A DNA stretch of 25,209 nucleotides from Thermoproteota archaeon (GTDB lineage: Archaea; Thermoproteota; EX4484-205; JAAOZP01), in contig JAOAJQ010000001.1 in assembly GCA_026414125.1 (NCBI GenBank), positions 3,349 through 28,557 of the forward strand, written 5' to 3'. The notes under the pieces are model-generated. The model worked only from the letters and a program-made list of their open reading frames with translations. It was not told the DNA's origin and did no database searches. Each line of letters begins with the position of its first letter. The stretch's first letter is position 1. Position numbers and translations under genes: made by a program. Shown here piece by piece: positions 23,420 to 25,209 of the stretch.

Positions 23420-24321
23420 GAGTTTCCACCGAATTGGAAAGGGGTCATCCCAGGTTCTTTAAGAAGAAGTAAGACGTATATGATACATGTGGAGATATTC
23501 GCAAGTCTCAAATAGCGGTCAGACAACACTCGTCTCAGGCCTGTTGAAGCAAATAATACAGTAAAGAAGAGGTTGAGGAACACGATATGAGGATGGATGG
23601 AAACAGAGATTGCCGATAGGAAGAGCCAGTGGAATGTTAAGAAAACTTTTAAAAGAGTTAATGATTTTTCATAGCCCAGCCAACAGGCTGTGGTTCTTGT
23701 TCCGGAGCTTAAGTCCACTTGGAAATCATTAAGATGGTTTCTTAACTCAAGAACAGCCGAGTAGATAAAGATTGAAACACCGATGAGGAGGATTTGAAAA
23801 GTAGTGCTGCCTGATGCCGAAACACCGTAGAAATATAAGAGTACGCCAAAGAATAAACCGTGAGAAACCAGGTCGATAAGAGGTACAAATTTAAGCCTGA
23901 AAGGGGATGCAGAGTAGGCTAGGGAAAGGGCGACGAGCAGAAGGTAGAGCGGAAAGCAGCTTTTGAACCAAAAGTGTGTTAGCAACAGACCCGTAGCAGC
24001 TAGGCATGATGAAAGCACAACTCCTTCTTTAAACCCAATTCCTCCTGTGGCAACAGGATTTTTCTCGGCTTTTTCTTTCTGCAGGGCGTCGCTCCTCGCG
24101 TCAAAAGAATTATTTATAGAGAAAGAAAATGCAAGGTAGAAACCTATCGTTAACATAAACTTGAAGACTTCTAATGGCACCAATGTGGCAATGAACGTTG
24201 GGCCAGAGATAAAACCGAGCACAGCCATCCCTATGTATGCCCTCCATTCAAGAATCCTAGAATTACGATAATAGAGGATGAAGCGTGACGTGGACAAGTT
24301 GTAGACGATTTTTGAAAGCAT
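23416..24321 (-). CDS. UbiA-family prenyltransferase
   Basis: NNSFDARSD..Q.EK..KNP, YSASPFRLK..P..D..SHG, NHLNDFQVD...G..TT, many TM helices, and a 4-nt overlap with the GT4 gene. Confidence 0.85.
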   Translation of the reverse strand: MLSKIVYNLSTSRFILYYRNSRILEWRAYIGMAVLGFISGPTFIATLVPLEVFKFMLTIGFYLAFSFSINNSFDARSDALQKEKAEKNPVATGGIGFKEGVVLSSCLAATGLLLTHFWFKSCFPLYLLLVALSLAYSASPFRLKFVPLIDLVSHGLFFGVLLYFYGVSASGSTTFQILLIGVSIFIYSAVLELRNHLNDFQVDLSSGTRTTACWLGYEKSLTLLKVFLTFHWLFLSAISVSIHPHIVFLNLFFTVLFASTGLRRVLSDRYLRLANISTCIIYVLLLLKEPGMTPFQFGGNS

Positions 24322-24355
24322 GGAATACGTTTTCCTCCTGATTTTGCAGACTTAT

Positions 24356-25207
24356 TTAGTCCTTTAAAGAATAAATGTTTAAACGAGGTTCGACGGCGGG
24401 GTGATAATTTGGGCTTCCCTCTTTCATCTTTAAAACTATTATTCTGAAATACAATTCGTTGAAATTGCTAGGAGAAACATTCCTAAATCTAAAGAAACCG
24501 AATGCGTGTATTTTCCCTGTGCTGTCTAAAACGTATGTTGGAATCAGTCTTTTTTCCTCCAGAGGTGTATTAAAGAGTATCATTGGTAAATGCTGCCTTA
24601 TGAAGGAGCTTTGAATGGAAGCAAGATAATACGTGCTGACTATCCCCACTGCAATTATTAGGATTGACACTGACACTGATAGTAATGGACTGGGGTGAGC
24701 AGCTTCTCCTCTCTTGTCCAGCCTCCTGATGTTCTCAACCCTCTGATCCAGCCTCGGATGGGTAGAAAGCAACATCATGCTCCCTACTGAGATTGGGTAG
24801 GACAGGAATAGGCTGGATGCTAAGCGAGTTATAATGCTCTCTTTAGGAAATGCTCTGGAGGCCTCATATATCTTTACAAGCGTCTTTGCCAGAAGCCTCG
24901 GCTGTCTTAGAATCTGTGCGCCTTCCTCGTCGGCAAGGATTTCTCTTTCCCTTTGGGCTGTTGCAGACGCGAAGTATGCGAACGGGTTGAAGAAGGACAA
25001 TAATGCTAGTGAAACCGATACTGTCTTAAATAGGAAATCATTGTTTTTCACATGGGCCAGCTCGTGGGCTGCGACTGCAGCCAGTTCTCTTTCATTCAGA
25101 GTCTTGAGAATGCCTAAGGAGAATACTAGCATCGTTCTCCGTCCATATCCTACTGTAAAGGCATTTGGCCTTAAATCCTCCACGAGCCCGATCCTGGGCG
25201 GGTTAAT
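24356..25207 (-). CDS. M48/M56-family zinc metallopeptidase, 5'-truncated by the window edge
   Basis: PNAFTVG, ELAAVAAHELAH (HExxH), REREILADE, STHP...RVENI. The frame is open to the right edge. Confidence 0.85.
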   Translation of the reverse strand: MNPPRIGLVEDLRPNAFTVGYGRRTMLVFSLGILKTLNERELAAVAAHELAHVKNNDFLFKTVSVSLALLSFFNPFAYFASATAQREREILADEEGAQILRQPRLLAKTLVKIYEASRAFPKESIITRLASSLFLSYPISVGSMMLLSTHPRLDQRVENIRRLDKRGEAAHPSPLLSVSVSILIIAVGIVSTYYLASIQSSFIRQHLPMILFNTPLEEKRLIPTYVLDSTGKIHAFGFFRFRNVSPSNFNELYFRIIVLKMKEGSPNYHPAVEPRLNIYSLKD

Positions 25208-25209
25208 CC

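Noticed and set aside
1-25209. CRISPR array, rRNA, transposase or integrase
   Set aside because: I found no regularly spaced repeats, rRNA signatures, or DDE or tyrosine-recombinase motifs anywhere in the window.

Overview
Archaeal window, probably a TACK-type lineage (inferred from tfe, top6A, pelota, an archaeal SRP RNA, BHB-type tRNA introns and TATA/BRE promoters; the exact taxon cannot be set from this sequence). Core genes are tfe, a TIGR00295-like HD protein, SRP RNA, top6A, pelota, a DUF59 Fe-S protein, a hexapeptide acyltransferase, parvulin, HtrA, a GT4 and a UbiA-family gene. An accessory stretch at about 11.3-19.6 kb holds several frameshifted genes, an orphan tRNA 3' fragment, DUF2703, a HerA-like ATPase, a CPBP protease and sugar enzymes. 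The most striking signal is in the tRNAs: all five are interrupted, with eight bulge-helix-bulge (BHB) introns in total. They are Lys(TTT) 43/44, Ile(GAT) 37/38, Asn(GTT) 22/23 + 30/31, Gln(TTG) 10/11 + 21/22 + 37/38, and Gly(GCC) 37/38. Three of the non-canonical introns share one 19-nt layout. The triple-intron tRNA-Gln also has a leader copy of its acceptor strand that could free nt 4-8 for splicing of the 10/11 intron. The 581-aa membrane protein at 9307-11052 resembles eukaryotic ribophorin I (OST1). All structures were folded by eye, and family calls come from recognised motifs, not database searches.
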